A DNA stretch of 64,000 nt from a virus, in the IMG/VR virus record IMGVR_UViG_3300023210_000013, positions 1-64,000 of that record; one strand, given 5' to 3'. This document shows positions 45,322 to 55,562 of this stretch, piece by piece; positions within the stretch are counted from its first letter, which is position 1; the number at the start of each line of letters is the position of its first letter. The notes beneath the pieces are model-generated. The model searched no databases. It was given only the letters and a program-made list of their open reading frames with translations, and was not told the origin of the DNA. A program made the translations under genes and the position numbers.

Positions 45322-48300
45322 TATCTAATGGACATATTTAATTTAGTGTTTGCTATTTTAAGAAGCATCTTTCTATCTCCAGATACATTACGTCTTAATA
45401 GTAATTTATTATAATAGTGTCTGAACTTTTTATGTTGCAATGGATCTTTAGCATAATTTAAATTAGCGGCATTAAGATCTTTTATGTAACCATTCATTTG
45501 AGTAATAAACTTACTTCTTTGAATACCTGTAAACTCACCTCTATCATCAGTAATATCCCAGAACTGATTAAATCTATACTTCTGTTCTTCTTTAGAATAT
45601 AGAATTCTAATATCATTAGTTCCTATAATAGGATATTGTAGTGCTGCAAACGGATCTTCTTTTGGTGTTAAGTCTAATTTTAATAATCCAGATACTTGTT
45701 CTGAATTATATATAATACTTTCATCAAAGTTAAAATCTAAATCATGCCATCTATCATCTCCACAAGCAAGTAGTAAATCTCCTTTATATACATAAGATTC
45801 CAATTGGTATTCAACACTTCTAATAGTGTTAACAATTTGACCTGTGTTTTCTATTACTTCTACTTCCCATGGGTAATCTACACCATAGTAATTAGAAAAT
45901 AAATCACACCTAACATTATGCCTCCATAAAGATCCTGATTCAAAACTAGGTTGAGTTGAAAATGATCCAAAATAATTACAAGTTAATGGATTAAAATTAA
46001 TATAACTTGGACTACCTGTTCCTAATACATTAGTTAAATATACATCATCACATACTCCAGTTTCAGTAGTACTAGCTTCTGGAAATGCTGGACCTGGACA
46101 ATTACATTCTACTTTTCTACAAATAGGAGGGTTTGCAACAGTACAATCTCCTTCAGATAAAGTATAATTATTATTAGAATCAGGATACACAACCTCATAA
46201 CCTTCGGGACATTCACATGTAGGAGGTGCACCACATATAGCACCAGCAATTGCAGTTGATATAACAGCTGATGTATTATTAGGTTGAGATCCATCTGCAA
46301 TCATTACAAAATCTTGCGTTGGATCATTACAAGTAATTTGATTTATAATAGCTACTGCATTTGCATTTGGGAAATTTGATGTATTACACCAAACACTAGT
46401 AACATTATACTGAGGTAGATTTTGATATTGACAACCGTTAGGAGTACCAGCTGTCCATGCAGCATCAGTCATAAAAATCATTACTCTTGTAAAACCAGGT
46501 TGTCCTAATCTATTTCCTAACTGAGAAGATGCTGTATTATTTAAAATACTATCTGCATGTGCCATACCTACTGGAATGTCAGTACCTGACGTAGGGTTTG
46601 GAGCATACCATGCATTTACAGCAGCTATATTTAAACCGGTACTTTGCATTGAAAATCCACCAGGATTAAATGATTGTGTGAAATTTGCATTTCCCCATTT
46701 TGTAAATCCTATTTGAAATGTACCATTAGCTAAACCTGCAGTTACTTCAGGACTACCTAAAAACTGAGCTACAAATTGTCTTTGTGCTGCTATGGGTGCA
46801 CCAAGTGTACTTGTAGACCAATCCATTGCTATTACAATATCTAGTGTACAATTTACTGTATTATCTACTACTGTTGCCGGTACTTCTTCTACTACTACTG
46901 TTGCTGGTTCTACTTCACTATAAATTTTTTCACACAAGTTTGTTGCAGGATTAAAAGTATATCCCGGAGGACATGTGGGTGATTCATTAGCAACTGTCTG
47001 TGTAGTTAAAAAATGATTAATACTAGGTAGTGCAAGTTCAGGATGCCAATCATGAAATGAAATCCATGCTTGTGATTTAGCATCATAAGAAACTGTCCAA
47101 GAAGCATCTTCAAAATAAAGCGGGTCACCTACTTTTATTGGTGTACCAGGACTTGCCGGTAATGTCTTATACACAAATCCATCATTAACAAAATGTACTT
47201 CTCCTCCACCTGAACCAGGTATTAAATTTTCTTTTACTTTATAATCTTTTTTCATAAAGTAAACTATATCATCATTGACATCATATATACTTTGACATCC
47301 AATTCCAATAACAGGGTTATCAGATAACTTACTAAATTCAAGTTCTGGATACTGTTTTACAAGAATAGATGGGAGGTATTTATTAAACCACCATTTCATC
47401 CCTTTATTAGAAATATTGTCAAGCTTTCCTGTGTAATGAAATATCTTACCTTGAGCTTGTGACATGTAGTATATTCCTGTAGGTGTATTTACTACAGATC
47501 TCATGCTTTCAGATGAACCATATTCATTGGATAAATCAGAGTTTGCAATATTCTGTAAAGGTTGACTAAATAGTCCACCGTCACCTATTGTAAGTTTTGT
47601 CCCTAAGTCTGTTTGCAGTTGATCTACACCCTGGAACATTACAGGAGATTGATAAGGAAATAATATAATTGCACCACTCTTACTTATAGGCTTTATTACA
47701 TTTACTTCACTTTTAAAATCTTTATAATTGTTTGGTAAAAACACTCTCCAAAAATCTTTCTTTGCTTCTTTTTGTGCTTGTAAAGAATATATAAGTCTTT
47801 TAGGATAATACTGATAGCAATTTTCTGCAACGTAAGGATCATAATCTCTAGGTTGTACATTACCAAAAGATGTAACTTGAGTTATCATTTTACTAATACT
47901 TAATGATAAATCATACTTATAAAAGTTATCTTCTTTTTGAATATCAGCATGAAATAAATCATCTGTATTTGTATAATCATAAACATCATAATGACGTTTT
48001 GCAGGAGTATCATCCCAATCTCTTTGTGAAAGATTATATTCTGATTCTACAAAAAAGTCTTGCACTCCATTAACGTGAGTATACATATAAGCATACCTCA
48101 TAGCAAAAGAAGGATTTGGATCATTAGGTAATCCTAATAAACCTTCTATAGTAGAAGGACAAGAATTACTACCTCTATCTAAATAAAATAAATCATTTGG
48201 TAATGGATCACTAGAAGAACCTAAACCTAAAGTTGCAACTTCTAAACCTAATGATGTAGTATCATATTTTCTTGTGTCCATCCAAAATCTTGGATAAGGA

Positions 48301-51300
48301 ATATTAACACGCTGTAAATAATCATATGTAAATTGATCAGGCTGGCCATTTAAAAAATCTGCAAAAATAGGCATTATATTTTTTTCAGTATATCTATTAA
48401 CATATACATCACCTCCAAATATAGGCTTTGATGTAAATGGTTGATTAGGATATTCTGGTACAATTAGTTCTGTACAGCCTTTCATTTGAATTTGTTTAAT
48501 ACCGTCAATTTGACCATATTGATTTTCAAACTCAAACTTTAATCCTCCATATCTAGCAGATATACTTTTTTTCTGTTCTTGATCAGGACTTTTTATATAA
48601 TTATCACCATAACTATTATCAGCATCTCCACCTATAGTAAATCTAGATTTGTCTATTACAGACGGGTCATTTAATTCATCCGCTGTTGCTATTGCAACCG
48701 TATCTGGTCTAAATAAATTATTTATTTTAAAACCTTGAAATTGCTGAAAAGAACTCCCAATGTAGTTGGCATTTAAATTTTTAGTTCTGAATATATCATT
48801 ACTAGAAGAAGGTGTAAAATTATTATAAAACCCGTGTGAATTATATTTAAAAGCAAAATCTTCTTCTTTTACTAAATTATATATTAAATCAATTATTTCT
48901 TGAGCTCCAATTGCAATGTTTGCTGCACCCAATGGAACACCTAAAAGTGCTCTAAATACTTTTGGTAAATTTGAACTTGATGTATTATATGAATAAGTTG
49001 TATCTTTTCTACCACCTTGTATTCCAGGTATCAACCCTTTGTTTTTATCTAGTAAATGATCTGAGTAGTTTACCCCCCAATCAGTTACACCACCATCCCA
49101 TATACTAGTAACCTGCGTTAAGTCACTAATAAGAGCATCAATTACAATATCAGTTATAGTTGTTGCTACTCCAACTCCTTCAAATACACCTAAAGCAAGA
49201 ACGTATCCGGGGTTTGGATAAGAACTACCTACACCGGCAGGACCTGCAAATCCAAAATAAGGACCTAGAGGTGGTGGAAATGGACCAAATGTTTCACCAG
49301 CATAAACAGTCCCTTTAGTACCTTGCACTTGATTAATAGCATAACCTATTCCAATAATTGCAGCAATAACAGCACCACCGTTTCTTATTAATTTATTTTG
49401 AGGATGATTTTCAGATTTTATAAAATGCCCTACAGACTTACCTGAAACTTCACCATAGATTCTAGTTTCAAAAGCATTTAAAAAAGGCTTTCTAAAATTT
49501 AACTCAGGAGAGTGAAAAGTAAAATAATCTTTTTTATATCCAGTTAAAGGCTTAAAACCAGAATTAGAAAAAACACTTTGACTCCAAGAATCACAACCAT
49601 CTGTTCTATTATTATTAGCACCATCATGGAAATATACATCAGGTCTTAAATCATTATAAGGATAGTTTGGATATAAACCTTTAGAATTACCTAAAGTTTG
49701 ACCACCTGCAGGAATATCATATTCCCTCATGTTTTTAAATATACCTTTAGCTAAAATAGATCTATGCCCTTCACGTGATCCTCTTAATATTTCATAACCA
49801 ACTATATCTGTTAAAATGTTTCCATCATTATCTAAAGGTGGTTTTATGTTTTCAAACTCTACACCAATTATTCTTATTGAGTTTCCATTGGTTGTAGATA
49901 AATGCAAATCAGAACTTAATTCTTCAGTAGGTATTTTATGGTGTCTAATATATTTTCCACATAAATCATTATCTGGTGAAACATTTCCCCAAATAGGATC
50001 AGAAGAACTATTCCAAATATCAGGTCTTGTTGCTGGATATTTTTCAGTAGATTCCCAATAACCCATGTAACCTTTAGCAATAACACTAGTTCCATCTTCT
50101 AATATTTCACTAGAGCCCGGTATAATAGTAGCTGTATTATAAACTTGAAAGTTCTTTTCTTGACTGCTTAATGTATTAGTTCCACCAGCTGTTGCTGTTT
50201 CATTTACTACTTGACCAAATTGAGTTATACCGTTTGTTGATGGAGGTCTACCTGGAATATGATAAGAGCTAGATCTATCACCTGTATTAAATATCCACCT
50301 TATAAAAAATGCATATTGTTCATCTCTCATTAAACCTGTTTTGTTACCTCCATTATAATAATAAGAAGCAGGCATTTCTGCAGAAACCCATTTAGATCTA
50401 ATTTGATTTGCTAATGGTTGATAGTTAAAATCAAATTTTTCTGTAGGTCCTTGTCTTATAAGCCAATCATTTACAATATACATTGCATCTGATTTTTCAT
50501 ATGCCGGATTCATTAAAGGAATAAGCTCTAATGGAACACTAACTAAAGATTGATCTATATAATCTATTTCAATATCTGATTGCTCAGTACTATATAATCC
50601 TAATTTTTTAGCTACGGTATTTTCTTGATTATTAGATAGTATTACTAATTCATAATAATCAAATTCTATATCTAAATTTGTTACATTTATTTTTAATGCA
50701 CCTGAATTTCCTCTGTGATCAAATAAAGATTGCACATTTGATACACCAATATAATCAGTAACTTTTTGTTCATTTACTGTGTAAGCAACAAAAGCTTGAT
50801 ATGATCCATTTCTTAATTGACCACCACTAATAGATTTTTCTATATGTACACAAGGCGTATCTAATAAAGGAGCAAGTCTAATTTTTTCACAATCTAAATC
50901 ATTTGTGTCTTCATATATAACACAATCAGCTCCTTCTTCTGATACCTCATTTTGAATATAAGGTATGTCATTTATATTTAAAGTTCTTGATGGGTTGTTA
51001 CCATCATCCCAATATATTTGCCAAGTACAGTCAAAGTTTTCTTTAGAAGCACCAACAATTAAATGTAATTTATTAAAAGATAAACACGTATCATTAACAA
51101 GTGATGTATATTCACACTTGCTATCATCAAACAATCCTATTTCAGAATTAATATTATCTGTACCAAAAAGAACCCAGCTATCCTGATATAGATGAATAGC
51201 TCCTATTATTGTGTAAGGTATATTAGCACATTCTAAGTTTGCTGGTTCATTACCAATGAGACCAACATCCCCATCTACAGAATTGTTAGCTGCATTACGC

Positions 51301-51446
51301 GCATGAAACCATTGCTCCTTACTTTGAAAAGAAGCACTCATATCTTTGCTCATGCCTTTTGTAAACATCCTGCTATCTACTGAAGATGTATTTTGAAGAC
51401 CTGGAGCCTTTGATTTAGCCTGTGTACTAGCTCTTTTTTTAGCCAT
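45321..51446 (-). CDS. tail muzzle/stabilisation protein (P22 gp10-like) with inserted vWA domain
   Basis: 2041 aa; F.KGM.KD N-terminus, GNEP.N..C, IYWDDG.NP.R, R.E.YAF.IRW and WT.SYD....WISFHDW motifs; position after ring genes as in crAss-like phages. Confidence 0.75.
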   Translation of the reverse strand: MAKKRASTQAKSKAPGLQNTSSVDSRMFTKGMSKDMSASFQSKEQWFHARNAANNSVDGDVGLIGNEPANLECANIPYTIIGAIHLYQDSWVLFGTDNINSEIGLFDDSKCEYTSLVNDTCLSFNKLHLIVGASKENFDCTWQIYWDDGNNPSRTLNINDIPYIQNEVSEEGADCVIYEDTNDLDCEKIRLAPLLDTPCVHIEKSISGGQLRNGSYQAFVAYTVNEQKVTDYIGVSNVQSLFDHRGNSGALKINVTNLDIEFDYYELVILSNNQENTVAKKLGLYSTEQSDIEIDYIDQSLVSVPLELIPLMNPAYEKSDAMYIVNDWLIRQGPTEKFDFNYQPLANQIRSKWVSAEMPASYYYNGGNKTGLMRDEQYAFFIRWIFNTGDRSSSYHIPGRPPSTNGITQFGQVVNETATAGGTNTLSSQEKNFQVYNTATIIPGSSEILEDGTSVIAKGYMGYWESTEKYPATRPDIWNSSSDPIWGNVSPDNDLCGKYIRHHKIPTEELSSDLHLSTTNGNSIRIIGVEFENIKPPLDNDGNILTDIVGYEILRGSREGHRSILAKGIFKNMREYDIPAGGQTLGNSKGLYPNYPYNDLRPDVYFHDGANNNRTDGCDSWSQSVFSNSGFKPLTGYKKDYFTFHSPELNFRKPFLNAFETRIYGEVSGKSVGHFIKSENHPQNKLIRNGGAVIAAIIGIGYAINQVQGTKGTVYAGETFGPFPPPLGPYFGFAGPAGVGSSYPNPGYVLALGVFEGVGVATTITDIVIDALISDLTQVTSIWDGGVTDWGVNYSDHLLDKNKGLIPGIQGGRKDTTYSYNTSSSNLPKVFRALLGVPLGAANIAIGAQEIIDLIYNLVKEEDFAFKYNSHGFYNNFTPSSSNDIFRTKNLNANYIGSSFQQFQGFKINNLFRPDTVAIATADELNDPSVIDKSRFTIGGDADNSYGDNYIKSPDQEQKKSISARYGGLKFEFENQYGQIDGIKQIQMKGCTELIVPEYPNQPFTSKPIFGGDVYVNRYTEKNIMPIFADFLNGQPDQFTYDYLQRVNIPYPRFWMDTRKYDTTSLGLEVATLGLGSSSDPLPNDLFYLDRGSNSCPSTIEGLLGLPNDPNPSFAMRYAYMYTHVNGVQDFFVESEYNLSQRDWDDTPAKRHYDVYDYTNTDDLFHADIQKEDNFYKYDLSLSISKMITQVTSFGNVQPRDYDPYVAENCYQYYPKRLIYSLQAQKEAKKDFWRVFLPNNYKDFKSEVNVIKPISKSGAIILFPYQSPVMFQGVDQLQTDLGTKLTIGDGGLFSQPLQNIANSDLSNEYGSSESMRSVVNTPTGIYYMSQAQGKIFHYTGKLDNISNKGMKWWFNKYLPSILVKQYPELEFSKLSDNPVIGIGCQSIYDVNDDIVYFMKKDYKVKENLIPGSGGGEVHFVNDGFVYKTLPASPGTPIKVGDPLYFEDASWTVSYDAKSQAWISFHDWHPELALPSINHFLTTQTVANESPTCPPGYTFNPATNLCEKIYSEVEPATVVVEEVPATVVDNTVNCTLDIVIAMDWSTSTLGAPIAAQRQFVAQFLGSPEVTAGLANGTFQIGFTKWGNANFTQSFNPGGFSMQSTGLNIAAVNAWYAPNPTSGTDIPVGMAHADSILNNTASSQLGNRLGQPGFTRVMIFMTDAAWTAGTPNGCQYQNLPQYNVTSVWCNTSNFPNANAVAIINQITCNDPTQDFVMIADGSQPNNTSAVISTAIAGAICGAPPTCECPEGYEVVYPDSNNNYTLSEGDCTVANPPICRKVECNCPGPAFPEASTTETGVCDDVYLTNVLGTGSPSYINFNPLTCNYFGSFSTQPSFESGSLWRHNVRCDLFSNYYGVDYPWEVEVIENTGQIVNTIRSVEYQLESYVYKGDLLLACGDDRWHDLDFNFDESIIYNSEQVSGLLKLDLTPKEDPFAALQYPIIGTNDIRILYSKEEQKYRFNQFWDITDDRGEFTGIQRSKFITQMNGYIKDLNAANLNYAKDPLQHKKFRHYYNKLLLRRNVSGDRKMLLKIANTKLNMSIR

Positions 51447-51450
51447 GGTG

Positions 51451-52332
51451 TTATCTTATTGTAGGTGTGCTTTTGAACATATTGTAATAGTTATGGTATT
51501 GTGCTTTTCTATTCACTTCCCACATTTTTTTAAGTTCAGCAAAGTCTGGTGTATTTATAAAACTTAATGCATTATTTCTAGCAGCTCTTAATCTACCCTC
51601 TATAAGGCCTAGTTGATTATTTACAGGTTCTCCTGCAAACATCATATTTTCTAGAATTCTTTGTTTTAAAGCGTACTCATAATATTCATTGCAATAAGGA
51701 TGATCTAATACCAATAAGTTACCGTCATTGTCTTCCATTGCTCCTTGGAAGTTTATATATACTTTACCAGTCTTAAAATTAGTTTTAATAAACCCATCTT
51801 TTATTTCAGCTATGTTTTGTGATCTTTGATTTAAAACCGCTGAATCACATGTTGCATCATTGACAGTTGTAATAGTTAAAGGGCTAAATGCAGTGTAAGT
51901 TCTAAACTCTGCACTTGATGTTTGATGTACTAATTTATAACCTGTCCCATCAGGACAATCTTTTATTACACACACGTCATTACAAGAAGCATCTTCACAA
52001 GGACCTGTTCTTCCTGGAGCAGGTACATAATCTACACCTACTGTTTCAACATGTGTACCAGATGGCATTGTATGTTCTATGGTATAATTTCCTGTAACAA
52101 ATGCATAATTTAAATATGCAAAGTCATGAGGTAATCTTGCTTTGTTATGTTCAACATCTAAAATAACTTCTTTAGTTCTATGTATTTTTAACCCTAAGTC
52201 ATAGTTTACTCTTGTTGCTACTTTAATTAATTGAGCTGCATCAATCATTCCTTCCAAAGCATATGTTGAAAAGTCAATTGAAACATCTTCCATCAATGAA
52301 TCAAACGTTCTATATTTATGTGATATTGCCAT
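51451..52332 (-). CDS. tail ring/tubular protein
   Basis: A.LP.DF motif, G..KTNF.TGKVY.N..G..ED.DG, Y.EYALK; synteny upstream of the muzzle. Confidence 0.65.
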   Translation of the reverse strand: MAISHKYRTFDSLMEDVSIDFSTYALEGMIDAAQLIKVATRVNYDLGLKIHRTKEVILDVEHNKARLPHDFAYLNYAFVTGNYTIEHTMPSGTHVETVGVDYVPAPGRTGPCEDASCNDVCVIKDCPDGTGYKLVHQTSSAEFRTYTAFSPLTITTVNDATCDSAVLNQRSQNIAEIKDGFIKTNFKTGKVYINFQGAMEDNDGNLLVLDHPYCNEYYEYALKQRILENMMFAGEPVNNQLGLIEGRLRAARNNALSFINTPDFAELKKMWEVNRKAQYHNYYNMFKSTPTIR

Positions 52333-53003
52333 TATCTATGTAAATTAATTTTGTTATCAGAATCTTCAGAAGGAATTCTTACAGTACTCATCATTACTTG
52401 CAATACCTGACTTTCTATTTCTGCAAAAAGTGATTCTGGTATATTCATTGCCTGCTCATAACGTGGAGTGCATTCATCTTTGCTATCACAAAGCCAATCA
52501 GATATATCATCATCAAAAACTCCTTCAAGTTTTATAGCATCCCATTCTAAATCAGGTAAATATAAATACCCATCCATATACCAAAAATATTTTTGCTTAT
52601 TGTATCTGAATGAGGTTGTTTTAGTAAGTGAGGTATATGTTCCTGGTTGTGTTGCTTTAAGTTCAGTAGAGCCATCAATAGAACTTACAGTTCTTATTAA
52701 AGCTCCCCAATAACCTTCTAGCATTTTAGGAAGTTTAGTTTTTGTACGTTTTATTGTACATCCGGATTGGATGCCTGTACAATGAGCTTCTACTTTATCT
52801 ACTTCAATTAATTCTATAAAAGGAAGTGTTTTCCAAATTGCACTAAATTTTAATAACTTATTTGCGTGATCTTGTCTTCTAATTAAAAGTTGTGCAAACT
52901 TTAAAATTAAACTATATACGTATCTGTCAGTAACAAAAGCGTCCTGGGACTCTGCTTTTACCTGACCACGTACTCTTGATATAACTTCTCCTATATTTGT
53001 CAT
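52332..53003 (-). CDS. tail ring protein
   Basis: I.RTK..LP, KYFWY.DGYLY.P and EG.F.D motifs; synteny. Confidence 0.65.
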   Translation of the reverse strand: MTNIGEVISRVRGQVKAESQDAFVTDRYVYSLILKFAQLLIRRQDHANKLLKFSAIWKTLPFIELIEVDKVEAHCTGIQSGCTIKRTKTKLPKMLEGYWGALIRTVSSIDGSTELKATQPGTYTSLTKTTSFRYNKQKYFWYMDGYLYLPDLEWDAIKLEGVFDDDISDWLCDSKDECTPRYEQAMNIPESLFAEIESQVLQVMMSTVRIPSEDSDNKINLHR

Positions 53004-53008
53004 TGTGT

Positions 53009-53575
53009 CTATGTTTCAAATTCATCATAGTCCTTCAGTGTTTTTGTAGTTGAAGTTAAATTTGGATCATACAGTTGTGAAACTTTTATCTTACTTTGCA
53101 TTTTTAAATACTTTGTCCAGTTCAGAGGATATTCTTGTGCTACCGTTCTTTTAAATTCTCTGTTGGCAACAAAAGACCATAACTCTCTGTTTTTGAACTT
53201 ATACTTAGTTGACCAATTTGTGTAAAATATTTTTCCTATGTTTCCGTCTGTATCCCAATTTTTATTTCTTAATACTTTACCATATTCATTAGATCTTGAA
53301 TAATCAATGTTTACTGTTTTTGCCGGTGGGCAAGTCCCAATAAATAAATAACCCAATGAGTCTGGTAACTCTACACCTTCTCTATGTTTTATAACTCCTT
53401 CCCACAATGCTCTATTGTATAGCTTAATTATTTGTTTTAACTTAGCATCATCAATATGGGCATATAAGGGTTTACGCTCTTTAAATTCTTTAAATGTTTC
53501 TTTATTGAGAAGACCTAATGTTTTCTTCCTATACCTAGGAGCATTTAAATCAGGCTTCTTAAAATTATTTATCAT
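53009..53575 (-). CDS. IHF/HU-like DNA-binding protein of crAss-like phages
   Basis: Basic; II..YN......I.....GVELP..LG...I pattern; located at the start of the tail module. Confidence 0.55.
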   Translation of the reverse strand: MINNFKKPDLNAPRYRKKTLGLLNKETFKEFKERKPLYAHIDDAKLKQIIKLYNRALWEGVIKHREGVELPDSLGYLFIGTCPPAKTVNIDYSRSNEYGKVLRNKNWDTDGNIGKIFYTNWSTKYKFKNRELWSFVANREFKRTVAQEYPLNWTKYLKMQSKIKVSQLYDPNLTSTTKTLKDYDEFET

Positions 53576-53587
53576 ACTTACTACATT

Positions 53588-53601
53588 ATTAATTTACAAA
53601 A
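53588..53601 (-). promoter_or_regulatory. conserved phage promoter motif
   Basis: - strand TTTTGTAAATTAAT, 12 nt upstream of 53575. Confidence 0.55.
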
Positions 53602-53635
53602 AAAAGCTCACTTATGAAAGCTAAAACGTGCTTCT

Positions 53636-54859
53636 TTACAAAGCTTGGTAAGTTAATTCACAAATGTTACCCATTGTAGGGTGTTGTAACTCTAACTTAC
53701 CTGATCTTCTATTACCAACAAATTTATTTGAATAATGATAATAATCAGTCTTACCTAAACTAGGTAAAGTTTTTTCTATAAAGCCTGCTGTTTCATTTGA
53801 TGTCATATACTCTACTTTTCTATCAGTATGTATGTGACCTTTAAATAATGTTCTGTTTGTAGTATCACCCCATGCCTTTGGGTATTCTGATGCATATATT
53901 AAAGGGTTGTTTTTACTACGCTTATCTCCATGTTCAAATGCATTAAAGTTATTATGCCAAACATGTACTTTTCTTTCTTCATATTTTACATCCCAAGTTA
54001 TTTCATCAGAAGTAATTGATTTAGAAAGCGCGTGTGCTAAATGAAAAGATGATAATCTATCATGATTACCAGGAACATAAACCACTACTAATTTGTTACA
54101 AAAAGCTTTGATATAATTAATTGCCCAATGCATTGCATCAAAGGCCTTCATATAAGCCTCTGTAGAGCTCATACAATTGTCTAAAGGAGTTCCGCTTGTA
54201 GTTGTGCCATGAAAGGTATCCATGTTGATTAAATCACCTCCTACAACAAAGTACATTGTATCTATAGAGTGAGCTGGTGTAGCTCTTTCTAATAAGTTTA
54301 TAATTGTGTCTTCAAAATCTTTATCTATTGTTTCATTACCTTCTTTACCAAAATGAATATCTTGCAATGAAATTACACCACAAACCTTTTCTTTATTTTG
54401 TACTATACCTGAATTGGTTTTAGGTATTTTATAAGTTTTGGGAGTCCAAGATTCTAATAATTTTTCAAAATCACTTGATGAAGTTTCCTTAACTCTTGAT
54501 ATTAAGGCTGATACGCGCCAATGGTCTCCCATTTGCTTATTCCAATATTGAGATAATTTCCATATTGAAGTATCAATTTTTAATAATGATATTATTTCTT
54601 CTGCTGATTTTGGTTCATGATTAAATGTACCAGATATTTTCCCTGTACCTTTATCAAGATCTATTGCCTCTGTAACATTAACATCTTGTGATATTTTCTG
54701 TAAATGTTTTTTCTTTTTTTTAGATAACCTTCTTTCTAAAAGAACTTCTTTTTTAAGCTTTACATATTCTGATTCTAAAATACCTAATTTAGCTGCACAA
54801 TATGTGGGATGTTTTTTCCACTTTAAAGTTTCTTTTATTTGTTCCTTGAGGTTTTGCAT
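53636..54859 (-). CDS. calcineurin-like metallophosphoesterase with N-terminal extension
   Basis: DIHFG, GGD, PGNHD, EHGD and GHIH motifs. Start moved to ATG 54859 because a promoter overlaps the track start 54886. Confidence 0.85.
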   Translation of the reverse strand: MQNLKEQIKETLKWKKHPTYCAAKLGILESEYVKLKKEVLLERRLSKKKKKHLQKISQDVNVTEAIDLDKGTGKISGTFNHEPKSAEEIISLLKIDTSIWKLSQYWNKQMGDHWRVSALISRVKETSSSDFEKLLESWTPKTYKIPKTNSGIVQNKEKVCGVISLQDIHFGKEGNETIDKDFEDTIINLLERATPAHSIDTMYFVVGGDLINMDTFHGTTTSGTPLDNCMSSTEAYMKAFDAMHWAINYIKAFCNKLVVVYVPGNHDRLSSFHLAHALSKSITSDEITWDVKYEERKVHVWHNNFNAFEHGDKRSKNNPLIYASEYPKAWGDTTNRTLFKGHIHTDRKVEYMTSNETAGFIEKTLPSLGKTDYYHYSNKFVGNRRSGKLELQHPTMGNICELTYQAL

Positions 54860-54883
54860 AATAATGAAGATTTTTAAATTTAC

Positions 54884-54891
54884 CAAATATA
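54884..54891 (-). promoter_or_regulatory. Bacteroidota -7 promoter TATATTTG
   Basis: Exact consensus just downstream of a terminator and 24 nt upstream of ATG 54859. Confidence 0.6.
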
Positions 54892-54907
54892 ATGAATTTC
54901 TTCTAAT

Positions 54908-54937
54908 AAAAAAAAGAGGCCCCTAAACGGAGCCTCT
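54908..54937 (-). terminator. intrinsic terminator
   Basis: - strand AGAGGCTCC-gtttag-GGGCCTCT stem followed by a T-tract. Confidence 0.85.
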
Positions 54938-54945
54938 CCAACGTT

Positions 54946-54973
54946 AGTAGTAGAAAACCAACAAACCACCACT
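54946..54973 (-). ncRNA. candidate 3'-UTR structured RNA hairpin (loop UUUGUUGGUUUU)
   Basis: AGUGGUGG/CUACUACU stem forms only on the - strand (needs G-U pairs), just before the terminator. Confidence 0.3.
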
Positions 54974-54987
54974 TCTCTGTTGTTATT

Positions 54988-55545
54988 TTATAAAGTAGTA
55001 ATCAATATTTCAACTGAGTCACAATAGACTCCACCAAATAAAGATTGCACTTTTATTTTATAATCTGTTGCTGTAGTTAATCCTGTTATTTCAAACTTTG
55101 ATTCAAGAACTGAAATAGGAGTTAAATTAGCTGTAGTCCATCCCGAAGGTGTTACTACTGTATCATACTGAACATTAAAACTTGCACTTAAAGATGAAGC
55201 ACCATTCCACACTACAGTAGCTTTATTAGCTTCAATTCCTTGAGCATATACATTGTAAGGAGCATGATGTACATTATCTGCAGTACATGCGCCTAAACCA
55301 TTAACCATTGTTAAAGCCATTTTTTGTAAAATCTGATCAAGTCTTTCTCCTGATTGAATTTTAAAAATACCTGCTGCTGTTTCTATTTGAAAAGAAGTTC
55401 CACAATAACTAACACACTCAGTACATTGAACATCATCACAACGTTCATTACCTACTGAACATTCTGTATATCCGCAAGGTGTAGCATAACTGCTGTCTTT
55501 GCACCCACAAGGTTTTGAACTATTTTTATTACAATTACAGGACAT
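54988..55545 (-). CDS. Cys-rich structural protein with C-terminal FN3-like domain
   Basis: N-terminal Cys cluster; P.NV...ATVVW...ITGLTTATDYKIKVQS. Confidence 0.7.
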   Translation of the reverse strand: MSCNCNKNSSKPCGCKDSSYATPCGYTECSVGNERCDDVQCTECVSYCGTSFQIETAAGIFKIQSGERLDQILQKMALTMVNGLGACTADNVHHAPYNVYAQGIEANKATVVWNGASSLSASFNVQYDTVVTPSGWTTANLTPISVLESKFEITGLTTATDYKIKVQSLFGGVYCDSVEILITTL

Positions 55546-55562
55546 ATTATTTTATATTTTTT

